Source: Parcubacteria group bacterium
GTDB lineage: Bacteria > Patescibacteriota > Patescibacteriia > UBA2169
Assembly: GCA_016181765.1 (NCBI GenBank)
Contig: JACOYR010000001.1
Span: 221,414 to 285,413 of the forward strand
Length of the DNA: 64,000 nucleotides
Reading direction: 5' to 3'
Shown: piece by piece, positions 8,104-17,308 of the stretch
How the letters are laid out: each line of letters begins with the position of its first letter
Numbering within the stretch: position 1 is the stretch's first letter
Made by a program: the position numbers and the translations under genes
The notes under the pieces: generated by a model
Told to the model about the DNA's origin: nothing
The model's input: the letters and a program-made list of their open reading frames with translations, nothing else
Database searches by the model: none

Positions 8104-10617
8104 TTACTTGGTAAGGACCCAACGATCCAGCGGCAGGAAGCTGTCTTCAGCGTAGCTCCCCGCAACGAGATAGCCATTGGTCCAGTCGTTGCTTCCGGTA
8201 CTCGGAACCGCACTGCTGTGCGCGCCAGTGTCCGAAGAGTAATCGGACCAGACGAAGTTGGCATCCGTTCCGCCAACTTTCACCACGCTGACTGGATCCG
8301 ACTCCAGATCACCCGTGACCACGAGCCCACCTTCGTCGCCGAGCATGGTCACGGAGATCACGTCAGCGTCGGACGAGGCGCCCTGGTGCGCGTTCGCGAC
8401 GTCAAACTTGAGCTGGTACTGCGGAAGGTTCCTTTCGTATACCGGCTCCTCACCCGCAAAGTCACGGGTATGGTCTCCGAACATGAGCACGACGTCTGCG
8501 TAGGACCCTGGAAAGTTGTCCAGGTTGAGCTTGGCAGTGCCACCAGCGCTCAATAGGTGTTCTTGGCTGGTGCCCCGGCCGTCGTAGATAGCGTACTCAG
8601 ACGGATCCATGAGGCTGAACCCGGATTCGATCCACTCGGGCACCCGCCGGTACAGCTTGAAGTTGTCGAGCGCAAGCTGGAAGCTCGGCGTGTCATCGGT
8701 CCAGGAAACGCGGAAGGTGATCTTCTTGTGGTAGGTGTTGATAGCCAACCCACCCCAATCGCCGCGCGCACCCACCCGCCAGTACGCTCCGACAATCTGG
8801 CTGGAGGCGCCTCCTAGAAGTGTGGTGGTCGGCAACGGGAGCCGCTCGACCATTGGGTGCCATCGCCGGACTATGACCCAGTTGCCGACAATCTCTTGGT
8901 CGGGCCCGACCAAGACCGCGCCCGACGACGCGCCGCGCGCGGTTATCGCGCTCGTCCCGTCTCCGAGCGGATCCGGCACGAGCGAGAAGCGGTGCACACT
9001 TCCAGAAAGCGCACTGGGCCAGTCGTTGATCCTGCACCTTACGGTGAACTCGGTCTGTTCCGCCTCGGGCAGATGATAGGCTCCCGCAGCGCCGAGGTTG
9101 AAGTCAAGATACTCCGTGACCTCGGTACTGCTCTGCTCCAGAACCTGCGCCGCCGCGATGGTCGGCCCCACCTGCGTGGCGCCGTTCCACAACTCGTAGT
9201 TGAAGAGCGTGGACCGAGCCGCGGACGCATCGCTCCCGAATGGAAACGTAACCGTATGCACCAGGATAAGCCGTGTCGCGTCCGCTGGCTCCCTCCATGG
9301 CGTAAGCCGGAACTTGAACATATCCTCCGAGTAAGTGCTCGCATCCACGATCCGCATCCGCGGCTGTGCCGAAGCAGGAACCGCTTCCACGACCAGGCTA
9401 CCCTGTGGCGCGGACGGGTGCGGCACTGGATTCGTCGGGCCGATTTGCTGTCCCCGGCGGACGATGAAGTCGACCTTGTCGAGCGGCGGATAGATAGTTA
9501 CCTCGCCGTCCCGAATGTCCGCGAGGCGGTCGCCAGTGTAGGCATTCACTACCTCGCCAGTTGCGACTTCCGAAAGACGAGACAGATTCCAAGTCAGTGT
9601 AGTCAATGGATCTGGGGCATGCTGAATATAGAATCGAAAGACTGATTCGTCGGACTCCATCCCGCGAATATCTCGAATGAGGTATTGATTCCCCAACATC
9701 AACAAAAACAACCTGTTCTCTCCGGGTGGAAGCGGTGGATATACTATATCCGCCGGCACCCCTTCTTCAAAATCTCTGGCGAGGATTTCATCCACCCCGT
9801 CTGTGGCAAGAGGGTGTTGGCCAAACACCTTCCAGAAGCTGTCAGTGCACGGGATGCCCTCCCTACAAAGCCGCACCTCCCAACCAGCCGATACCTCCTC
9901 ATTGTCCGGCACCTGCCGCACGCCGTCCACGATGAGCGCTATGTTGGGCACGTCTGCGGGCGGCGGCTTTGGATTCGCGCTACCGGTTCCGCCGGTCTGT
10001 ACAGACGAAGAATTGCACTTCTCACAGGTCGCGGCAACCGGGTTGCTCACGACCTTTGCGGCGGGCTCCGGCTCCGTGTAGCTCGCCAGCACGGCCTGGG
10101 GCTGTGGCGCGGGCTGCGGGGGCGGCACGTACACAGGCTGGACAAACGTTCGGCTGTCCGCGCCCACATGCCCGGCCATGTCCACCACAGAAACCGTCAG
10201 ATTGACGGCCTGCGGCGAACCAGCGGTGTTCCCGGGACACGCGTCCCAGTACCCCCAGAACCAGAGCGTGTCCGACGTGTCGGACACCGGCGACAAGCCG
10301 CGGGCGCTTACCGCCTGCGACCCGTCCGCGCACCGCACCTTGAGGGTGCAGGGATTGGCATGCCGGAGCTTGATGCCTCCGGCATCCAACGCCTTCATGC
10401 CGATGTACAGGCGGCCGGAGCCGTCCATACGGACCTCGCCGGCCGGTGTGTCATCCGCGATGACCACGACCGGTGCCGTGGTGTCCGGCGCGGCCATCTT
10501 GCCCGCGGGCCGGACATCCACCGCCGGACCCAGGGGACTGTGGTCATCATCGCCGCATCCGGCGATGATGACCACTGCGAGCGCCGCGAGCGTGGCGCAC
10601 ATACGAAAAGCCCTCAT
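8104..10617 (-). CDS. large secreted lipoprotein of unknown function (837 aa)
   Basis: Lipoprotein signal MRAFRMCATLAALAVVIIAGCGDD, a proline-rich linker (PPPQPAPQPQ), no TM segment, and a strong terminator downstream. Confidence 0.6.
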   Translation of the reverse strand: MRAFRMCATLAALAVVIIAGCGDDDHSPLGPAVDVRPAGKMAAPDTTAPVVVIADDTPAGEVRMDGSGRLYIGMKALDAGGIKLRHANPCTLKVRCADGSQAVSARGLSPVSDTSDTLWFWGYWDACPGNTAGSPQAVNLTVSVVDMAGHVGADSRTFVQPVYVPPPQPAPQPQAVLASYTEPEPAAKVVSNPVAATCEKCNSSSVQTGGTGSANPKPPPADVPNIALIVDGVRQVPDNEEVSAGWEVRLCREGIPCTDSFWKVFGQHPLATDGVDEILARDFEEGVPADIVYPPLPPGENRLFLLMLGNQYLIRDIRGMESDESVFRFYIQHAPDPLTTLTWNLSRLSEVATGEVVNAYTGDRLADIRDGEVTIYPPLDKVDFIVRRGQQIGPTNPVPHPSAPQGSLVVEAVPASAQPRMRIVDASTYSEDMFKFRLTPWREPADATRLILVHTVTFPFGSDASAARSTLFNYELWNGATQVGPTIAAAQVLEQSSTEVTEYLDFNLGAAGAYHLPEAEQTEFTVRCRINDWPSALSGSVHRFSLVPDPLGDGTSAITARGASSGAVLVGPDQEIVGNWVIVRRWHPMVERLPLPTTTLLGGASSQIVGAYWRVGARGDWGGLAINTYHKKITFRVSWTDDTPSFQLALDNFKLYRRVPEWIESGFSLMDPSEYAIYDGRGTSQEHLLSAGGTAKLNLDNFPGSYADVVLMFGDHTRDFAGEEPVYERNLPQYQLKFDVANAHQGASSDADVISVTMLGDEGGLVVTGDLESDPVSVVKVGGTDANFVWSDYSSDTGAHSSAVPSTGSNDWTNGYLVAGSYAEDSFLPLDRWVLTK

Positions 10618-10798
10618 GATTATCCTCCCACGGATTGAGGGGTGAAAAACGCGAAACTACCTTATCTTTTGGCCTTTTATGGCCATTTATTGTCAAAAAT
10701 CAGTGTCTGTTTTAGACACTAAACATATCACAAAACAGGAATTCTGTCAAACAGCGACAAAAATCCTTGTTTTGTAACCAAAATTCACTATTTACTTC

Positions 10799-11110
10799 CT
10801 AAACCGGCTCTATGCCAACTCTCCGCTCAACACCTATAACGCGAGCTTTAAGGCTCGTAATATCATGGTCCTGCCTATCATCCCGGCCGACTTTCATGAT
10901 CTGCTCGTCCCGGATGGCTTGCACGTTTTTTGCCATAGCATCAACACTGTTTAATACCTTATCAAACTTTTCAGACATTTCTTCTCTTAATTGTTGCCCA
11001 AGTTCGTGTACATCAAGCTTTGTGGCAACGACTTTCGTCAACGTCTCCACATGCTCTTGGAACTGGCCCACGGTAAGCGGCTGATTTGAATCTTGATGGT
11101 TAAAATCCAT
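10799..11110 (-). CDS. small coiled-coil hypothetical protein (paralog of 34734..34997)
   Basis: Start at MDFNHQ, 7 nt downstream of a TGCTATACT -10. Its ATKLDVHELGQQLREEMSEKFDKVLNSVD region aligns with ATKQDLVAYKDEIMMGQDKISKKLDQVLTE of the paralog. Confidence 0.45.
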   Translation of the reverse strand: MDFNHQDSNQPLTVGQFQEHVETLTKVVATKLDVHELGQQLREEMSEKFDKVLNSVDAMAKNVQAIRDEQIMKVGRDDRQDHDITSLKARVIGVERRVGIEPV

Positions 11111-11142
11111 AACCACAAGTATAGCACGCCCGGGCCAATATA

Positions 11143-12429
11143 TCAATGCAGCAGTTCCCGCGTAATTACCTTGTACTCCTCCACATTCGGCTGGTCAAAC
11201 GCGTTGACGCGCATCAGGCGTGCGAGGAGCATGGTTTCCACCATCTTAAACTGCAAAAATTCCCCTAATGATTCTTCATCCAGGCGCTCCAGCTCAACCT
11301 CAACAAACGGGAGGCTGCGGTCCGCAAATGACCGGACCGTGCCCGTGTAAATCGCGTCCATGACTTCGCCCACTGACTTGCGGTTCAGCTCTGGAACAAT
11401 CGCGTCAAACTCCTCGTCCACGCGCGGGATGCTGATGTCTTGTTTGGCGCGGACTTTTACGAACGTGGTGAACTTATCCTCGGGCCCGCCAAGCAGGAGT
11501 TGAAATACTGAATGCAGGTCCGTTGAGCCAATAGTGACGAGCGGGGTGATGCCTGCGTGCACAATGCGGCCGGAAAGGTCGCGCTCCTTGCCCAGCGATT
11601 CCCCCACCAGCTGGCGGTACCACTTGCCGACGCGCTCCAAGTCTTGGTTGAAGATGAACGTGTTATGGATAGCCACGCCCTTTTTCATGGCATGGTGGAT
11701 GGCAACTGCTGATTGTAAAGCGGCGTTGTGCTCTTCGTCGTTTGACAAGCACCGCCGCAGGGCGCGCACTGCCCCTTTGTGCAGTTTTTTGATGTCTACC
11801 CCGGCAAGTGCCAACTGAAACAAGCCAACCGCACTGAACACGCTCCAGCGCCCCCCCACGTTTGGAGGGTTGGGCAGGGACGGGACATCCTGGGCTCGCG
11901 CCCAATGATCAAGCAAAGATTGCGGCTCCGTGGTCACCACAACTGACTCGCGCCAGTGCTTGGTCAACGACTTTAGGCAGTCAATCAAGACCCGCGCGTT
12001 CATCATGGTCTCGCTGGTGGTGCCGGATTTGCTTATGACGTTAATGAGCACCCGACCTTTCTTGCGGTAGATTGCGCGCATGCGCTGGCAGGCTTCCTTC
12101 AAGAGGCGCACATGCGCAGTATCAAAAAATGACAAGGGAACGCCCCCGGGCTTTAACGCATCATACACTGCCCACGTGCCCAAATTTGAGCCGCCAATGC
12201 CGACCACCATAACCTCATGCAGTCTACGGGATGATTTCTCGTGTGCAAGGCGGCTCACCTCGGCGCGGAGCGTTTCATCGGACGGAAGGTGCAGGCACGA
12301 CTCATTGCTTGCGTATGACGCATCAGCCGCAGCCACGCGCAACTCCTCCAGGTACCCGGAAAGCTCATGCCCGGCGCGGGCCGCGTCCCGCTCACTGATG
12401 TGCGATGTTTCTTTGTACGAAAACTTCAT
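11143..12429 (-). CDS. pgi: glucose-6-phosphate isomerase
   Basis: VVGIGGSNLG and ISKSGTTSET motifs of PGI; near-leaderless start after a TGGTATAAT -10. Confidence 0.85.
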   Translation of the reverse strand: MKFSYKETSHISERDAARAGHELSGYLEELRVAAADASYASNESCLHLPSDETLRAEVSRLAHEKSSRRLHEVMVVGIGGSNLGTWAVYDALKPGGVPLSFFDTAHVRLLKEACQRMRAIYRKKGRVLINVISKSGTTSETMMNARVLIDCLKSLTKHWRESVVVTTEPQSLLDHWARAQDVPSLPNPPNVGGRWSVFSAVGLFQLALAGVDIKKLHKGAVRALRRCLSNDEEHNAALQSAVAIHHAMKKGVAIHNTFIFNQDLERVGKWYRQLVGESLGKERDLSGRIVHAGITPLVTIGSTDLHSVFQLLLGGPEDKFTTFVKVRAKQDISIPRVDEEFDAIVPELNRKSVGEVMDAIYTGTVRSFADRSLPFVEVELERLDEESLGEFLQFKMVETMLLARLMRVNAFDQPNVEEYKVITRELLH

Positions 12430-12447
12430 ACACTGCGATTATACCAC

Positions 12448-12482
12448 AAAACAAACAAAAGAGCCTCCGCTATGGAGGCTCT
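12448..12482 (-). terminator. rho-independent terminator of hupB
   Basis: Hairpin agagcctcc-gctat-ggaggctct followed on the minus strand by a T-run. Confidence 0.7.
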
Positions 12483-12504
12483 TTGCGAACAACACGATCA
12501 AGGA

Positions 12505-12786
12505 CTAAAGCACTGCGTCCTTGGCTGCCTTGGCAACGCGGAACTTAACGACTGTCTTTGCCGGAATGCTGATCGTTGCCCCGGTCGCCGGGTTGCGGCC
12601 CATGCGCGCGGCGCGGTGCACTTTCACGAGCTTGCCTACGCCCGGAAGCGTAAATTCGCCGTTTGATTTGACCTGGTGGTACGCGAGCTCAACGAGCTTG
12701 TCCATGAAATCTCCCACCTCCTTCTTGCTCATGCCTGTTTTCTCGGCAACTGCGGCAAGCGTCTGGGCTTTTGTCAGTTTTGACAT
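12505..12786 (-). CDS. hup: HU-family DNA-binding protein
   Basis: MSKLTKAQTLAAVAEKTGMSKKEV...RNPATGATI: classic HU/IHF fold, 93 aa. Confidence 0.9.
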   Translation of the reverse strand: MSKLTKAQTLAAVAEKTGMSKKEVGDFMDKLVELAYHQVKSNGEFTLPGVGKLVKVHRAARMGRNPATGATISIPAKTVVKFRVAKAAKDAVL

Positions 12787-12883
12787 AGGATCATTCTCCT
12801 AAATTAGTTAGTGATATGACATATAAAACTTAGCAAAAATGGGGCAAAAAGCAAACTTTTCAAAACAGAGGCTGTGGATAATA

Positions 12884-14293
12884 CTATTGATTCTTAACCC
12901 TTTTTATAGCGTATCCCTGTTCTTGATCCTGAATTTCATAGCCGCGCTTGGCTAATGTTAGCCTAATCTTGTCTGATTTTCCAAATTCTTTCATCTTTTT
13001 CAGTTTCCAGCGCTCTTCCGCACGTTCCTTGATTGATGCGGGAATGCTGCTCTGCTCGCGCGCCAAGCGCTTTGACTGTTTGATGAGATCAAGCCCGAGT
13101 GTTGCATCCGCCTGTTTGATAAAAGAGAGCAGGCTTTTTTGATCAAGGCCGGGGTCTTTGGCCGCCTCCCAGAGCACGGCAAGGGCCCGGGGAGTGTCCA
13201 GATCATCGCTCAAGCGCTGCTTGAATTTTTTGAGGTATGAATCCGCGCTTTTGCTTTTTTTGGCGGTGCGCGTGCGAGTGATTTCTTCCCAAAGATTCTG
13301 CAATGCGCGCTGTGCCGCCCCAAGGCTTTCCCACGAAAAGTGGAGCTGGGAACGATAGTGTGTGGTGAGCGCCAAGTACCGGAATGCGAGGGGCTCAAAA
13401 CCCCGCTTCTTGGCGTCCGCGAGGGTTATGAACGCCCCCTTTGACTTTGACATCTTGGCGCGGTCAATCACCAAGTATTCGTTATGCATCCAGACCTTGG
13501 CGAGGGGCTTGCCGTATGCCGCTTCTGACTGGGCAATTTCATTAGTGTGGTGCGTTCCGATGTGGTCAATGCCGCCGGTATGGATGTCAAACGGCTGGCC
13601 CAGGTATTTTGACGAGATGGCCGAGCACTCAATGTGCCAGCCCGGAAACCCGTCTCCCCAGGGCGATGCCCAGTGCATGGCGTGATTTTTGTGGCGACCA
13701 GCTCTCTTGAACCACAAGGCAAAATCAGCGGGGTGGCGTTTGTCCGGGTCTTCCACAACTTCACCACGCGCCGCAACCCGCTTTTCTTCCAAAGACTGGC
13801 CGGAAAGTTTTCCGTATGCCTTACACCGGGAAATGTCAAAATACACGGCCTGCTCGGTCTCGTAGGCATAGCCTTTTTTGAACAGCAGTTGGATGAGCTT
13901 GATCTGGTCTTTAACCGTGTCCGTGGCTCTGACGACGCGGCTGGGCTTCTTGATGTTGAGTTCCGCGCAGTCCCTGAAAAACGCATCTGCATAGAAACGC
14001 GAAACATCCCACACTGACTTTTTCTCCTTCTTTGCCTCTCTCTCCACTTTGTCTTCCCCGGAATCGGCGTCGCTGGTTAAGTGCCCCACGTCCGTGATGT
14101 TCATGACGCGCTTAACCGCAAACCCCTCAAACGCAAGCGTGCGCTCCAAAACGTCCGCGAACACGTACGAGCGCAAGTTTCCGATGTGCGCGTAGTGGTA
14201 CACCGTGGGGCCGCACGTGTACAGCCTGGCACTCCCTTTTTTGAGGGGTTTGAATGCCTGCTTTTTTCTGGTGAGCGTGTTGTAGAGTTTCAT
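12884..14293 (-). CDS. cysS: cysteine--tRNA ligase
   Basis: MKLYNTLTRKKQAF start (compare E. coli MLKIFNTLTR) and the CGPTVYHYAHIGN HIGH and KMSKS motifs. A TGCTATCAT -10 lies 10 nt upstream. The ORF extension to 14599 is rejected. Confidence 0.9.
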   Translation of the reverse strand: MKLYNTLTRKKQAFKPLKKGSARLYTCGPTVYHYAHIGNLRSYVFADVLERTLAFEGFAVKRVMNITDVGHLTSDADSGEDKVEREAKKEKKSVWDVSRFYADAFFRDCAELNIKKPSRVVRATDTVKDQIKLIQLLFKKGYAYETEQAVYFDISRCKAYGKLSGQSLEEKRVAARGEVVEDPDKRHPADFALWFKRAGRHKNHAMHWASPWGDGFPGWHIECSAISSKYLGQPFDIHTGGIDHIGTHHTNEIAQSEAAYGKPLAKVWMHNEYLVIDRAKMSKSKGAFITLADAKKRGFEPLAFRYLALTTHYRSQLHFSWESLGAAQRALQNLWEEITRTRTAKKSKSADSYLKKFKQRLSDDLDTPRALAVLWEAAKDPGLDQKSLLSFIKQADATLGLDLIKQSKRLAREQSSIPASIKERAEERWKLKKMKEFGKSDKIRLTLAKRGYEIQDQEQGYAIKRVKNQ

Positions 14294-14340
14294 ATATGGC
14301 TCAATGATAGCACCTTTTAGCGCCCTGCTCAACGAAAACA

Positions 14341-14375
14341 AAAACCCAGCCGAATCGGCTGGGTTTTTGTTTTCG
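14341..14375. terminator. bidirectional intrinsic terminator upstream of cysS
   Basis: cccagccg-aat-cggctggg stem flanked by an A-run on one side and tttttgtttt on the other. Confidence 0.65.
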
Positions 14376-14585
14376 GTTTCAATGCAGTTACATCGCGGCT
14401 TCGGAACCTTCGGAATCGCCTGCCTCTTCTGAACCGCCGCCTGCTTCCGCCTCAAGATCCGAGTCTTCGGATCCTTCATCCCCATCTTGGGGAGCCATGG
14501 GCGCTGCGGGAACTTGGGCCTCGTCGCTGCCCGCGTCCGGCATGAGCGTAGTTTCGTCTTGCATAATGCATTTTGCTTACTGCTA

Positions 14586-14615
14586 AAAAATCCGAACACG
14601 CATATCTAGGGTTCG
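14586..14615 (-). terminator. rho-independent terminator of the PKD surface-protein gene
   Basis: Minus strand reads TCCGAAC-cctagatatgcgt-GTTCGGA then TTTTTT. Confidence 0.65.
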
Positions 14616-14652
14616 GATTGTATTCGTAATTATAGCACACGCCCCTCTATTG

Positions 14653-16635
14653 TCAAGCTGTGGCGCTTGAAAAGTTGTTGATGACGAACGAGGCAATGCC
14701 CCATGCCGCAAATATAACAAAGAGCCCGATGACCCCGGCTATGATGGCCTGCTTGCCGGACGCGGTCTGGTCCTCGTTGCCTGCGGCTGTCATCATTCTG
14801 AACCCGCCGAAGATGATGAAAATGACTGCGATAACTCCTAAAAATCCGAGGACAATATTGATGATGGCCGCGATTGAGCCCTTGAGGTCATTAGACTGCC
14901 CGATACCCACCCGCGAGAACGTGCTCGCGAGCCCGTAGTTGGAAGCGCGCGGATCAAGCGGGGTGCTGATTGCGGTGTCGGCGCCGATGTTGCCGCCGCC
15001 GACACCGCAATCAGCGGATGAAGCCCGGCACTGGTTGCCGCACCACACAAATCCGAATGACGTGCATGAGGATTCGTTAGTGCATAGCGAAGGCGCGGTT
15101 GCACAAGAATCACCCGCGCTTTCTTGTTGAATCACCACATTTCGCTGAAAGCTCTCTTCCTGGGCAGGGCTTGAGCCGTCACTCACGGTCGCTACCACAT
15201 CAAACGTCCCGTATGCGCTAAATGAGTATTCGCACTCCAAAGTGGTTGCGGTTGAGGTGCACGGCGCGGTGGTCCGGTTAGCCGGGGAAAGCTGGATTTG
15301 GTACGGAGGCGTGCCGTTTGAGGCAGTGGCGCGGAACACGTACGTCTGCGGAGCAGGAGGAGCGAGCCCGGTGCCAATCTGGATGGTGAGTGATTTGTTG
15401 TTTGACTCAACCAAAGTGACGAGGAGCGGCGATGGTGCGGACGCAATGTTCAGGGTCGGAGAGAACGGGGTGGTGCCCGCGGGCGCGTTCGTGTTGATAA
15501 TGCTATGGGTGATGGCGTCGGTCTGGGTGCGGAACGTGGCATCAATCACCGTAAGGTAAATGTTCTTAAGTCCGCTCCTCCTAAACTGGGCATCCAGCTG
15601 GCTGGTGCGGCCAAAGGTCGCCACTTCGTAGGTAATGAAGTCATTAGGCTGCTCATCAGTGGGCACGTCATTGGGGTAGTTCCAGATGTAGGTGAACGGC
15701 GGCACCCCGCCATCAACAGCGGCATCGGCGCTGTAGTTGACTGAACCGAACGTGAACGGTTCAGCCTGGCCGGAATAGACGCCCGGAGCTGTAGCGCTCG
15801 TCACGTCAACCGAAAACGCGGCATCTCCGACCGTTGCTGGATTGTCGGTTGCAAAAAACACGTACGAGCTTGTGTCATACACCGGAATGTAACCGCCTCC
15901 AACCGCATTGGATTGGTTCGCCCGCAGGGTAATCTCATACCACCCTGGCACGGGGATGATAACAGAGAACGCACCGGCCGCATCGCTCGTGACGCTCACG
16001 CTATCGGCTTTCACCTCGGTTCGCGACGAGTCCGCAACGCGCCACTGGAATGTCTGCTCCGCCGTCCAGAAACCGGAGTTGATGCCCCGGACCGAGGCAT
16101 TGGCTCGGAAGTCAATCTGCGAACCGGTTGCGTAGGGCCCAGGCCCGTCAACCCTGGTGACGTTCGCGAATGGCCACGTATCCCGCACACCGGCCTTTTC
16201 CGCGAGGGTCAGGGAATTATAATTATCCGGCAGCCTAAGCGGCTTGACGTCAATGTCAAACGGGTACTGGGCCGCGGGCTGGACGCCGGTGCTCGCGTAG
16301 AGCCGCAGCACGGGCCGAATGACGGCTGTTGATGCAAACTGCTTGTCATAGAGGTGCGTTGCCCTGCCATTATTGCCGACATCGCCAATGGCGGATTCAC
16401 CGTCTCCAAAGTCCCACACATAGATAAGCCCGGCCGCGTCAGCTACGTTCGCGGTAAAAGTGACCGGCTCGCGCGCATACACTGCATTCGGGGCCGGAGT
16501 GTATGAGACCGAAGTAATGGCAGGAGCCGCGGAAACTGCGGGCGCAAAAAAAACGTTCCCGAAAAAGAACGGCGCGCTCACCAGGGCCGATGAAACCAAC
16601 CTGACTAATAGCCTGATCCCGCGATGAATCATCAA
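14653..16635 (-). CDS. secreted PKD-domain surface protein with C-terminal two-TM pilin-like (TrbC/VirB2-like) anchor
   Basis: Signal peptide; VWDFGDGESAIG PKD motif; Cys-rich region; C-terminal two hydrophobic helices (IAAIINIVLGFLGVIAVIFIIFGG ... AIIAGVIGLFVIFAAWGIASFVI). Confidence 0.6.
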   Translation of the reverse strand: MMIHRGIRLLVRLVSSALVSAPFFFGNVFFAPAVSAAPAITSVSYTPAPNAVYAREPVTFTANVADAAGLIYVWDFGDGESAIGDVGNNGRATHLYDKQFASTAVIRPVLRLYASTGVQPAAQYPFDIDVKPLRLPDNYNSLTLAEKAGVRDTWPFANVTRVDGPGPYATGSQIDFRANASVRGINSGFWTAEQTFQWRVADSSRTEVKADSVSVTSDAAGAFSVIIPVPGWYEITLRANQSNAVGGGYIPVYDTSSYVFFATDNPATVGDAAFSVDVTSATAPGVYSGQAEPFTFGSVNYSADAAVDGGVPPFTYIWNYPNDVPTDEQPNDFITYEVATFGRTSQLDAQFRRSGLKNIYLTVIDATFRTQTDAITHSIINTNAPAGTTPFSPTLNIASAPSPLLVTLVESNNKSLTIQIGTGLAPPAPQTYVFRATASNGTPPYQIQLSPANRTTAPCTSTATTLECEYSFSAYGTFDVVATVSDGSSPAQEESFQRNVVIQQESAGDSCATAPSLCTNESSCTSFGFVWCGNQCRASSADCGVGGGNIGADTAISTPLDPRASNYGLASTFSRVGIGQSNDLKGSIAAIINIVLGFLGVIAVIFIIFGGFRMMTAAGNEDQTASGKQAIIAGVIGLFVIFAAWGIASFVINNFSSATA

Positions 16636-16708
16636 TAGTTATACAACAGTATGCTCTTCCTACTATACCAAAAATCGGCTTGAGTGCGCAATGCCGCATG
16701 CAAAAAGT

Positions 16709-17206
16709 TCACCGCGCTTTCATCTTAATCATGAGCCAGTTCTTTTTTTCTCCTCCGAATGCAGTGCGCACCAGGGCGTACGGCCCTTTGAGCTTCTTGC
16801 CCGCGAACACGACTTCTATCTGGCCCTGTGCGGCCGCACTCTTTATAGGCATCTCGCTGCCGTCTTTTTTCTGCTTGATGTTTTGGTACGTGCCCGTGTC
16901 CCAGATGGTGACCGTGCCTGCGCCATACTCCCCCTGCGGAATCTCGCCTTCAAAACTGCCATACTCCATGGGGTGGTCTTCGGTCGCAACCGCCAGGCGC
17001 TTGTCCGACGGATTTAATGGCGGGCCTTTGGGCACTGCCCAGGATTTGAGCACCCCGCCAATTTCCAATCGCACGTCATAGTGCAGTGCGCGCGCGTGGT
17101 GCTCGTGCACCACAAAGACGGGATCCTTTGATGAATGTTTTTTTGATGAGCCGACAGGCTCGCTGGTTTTCTTGAAATCGCGCTTTGCTTTGTACTCCTT
17201 GAGCAT
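16709..17206 (-). CDS. standalone DNA ligase D 3'-phosphoesterase (PE) domain protein
   Basis: FVVHEHHARALHYDVRLE and the rest match the LigD PE domain; 165 aa with no ligase or polymerase domains attached. Confidence 0.7.
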   Translation of the reverse strand: MLKEYKAKRDFKKTSEPVGSSKKHSSKDPVFVVHEHHARALHYDVRLEIGGVLKSWAVPKGPPLNPSDKRLAVATEDHPMEYGSFEGEIPQGEYGAGTVTIWDTGTYQNIKQKKDGSEMPIKSAAAQGQIEVVFAGKKLKGPYALVRTAFGGEKKNWLMIKMKAR

Positions 17207-17267
17207 GCGTTCATTTTAACAAAAAAAGGCGGGGAGCAGTAGGATGCATGTCAATACTCCAAGCGCC

Positions 17268-17297
17268 TTGACATTTTTTAAAAAATGGGCAATAATT
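17268..17297 (+). promoter_or_regulatory. sigma70-like promoter of the first beta-CA-like gene
   Basis: TTGACA at 17268-17273, 17-18 nt spacer, AATAAT/ATAATT; ATG at 17309 about 10 nt after the -10. Confidence 0.5.
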
Positions 17298-17308
17298 AAC
17301 AATTATTT

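Noticed and set aside
9685-10638. Long plus-strand ORFs (317 aa and others) antisense to the 837-aa lipoprotein gene, and many 60-350-aa plus-strand ORFs antisense to the ribosomal operon, typA, helicase, ATPase, aspS and nagB
   Set aside because: Low-complexity Arg/Pro/Gly-rich translations typical of GC-rich antisense frames. They overlap strongly supported minus-strand genes and have no start or RBS context.
14294-14599. N-terminal extension of the cysS ORF to 14599 (571 aa)
   Set aside because: The extension is basic and low-complexity, runs straight through an intrinsic terminator hairpin, and the conserved CysRS N-terminus MKLYNTLTR begins at 14293 with its own -10.
14618-14632. TGTGCTATAAT -10-like motif at 14622-14632
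   Set aside because: It lies between the stop of the PKD gene and that gene's own terminator, so transcripts would terminate immediately. It is probably not a functional promoter.
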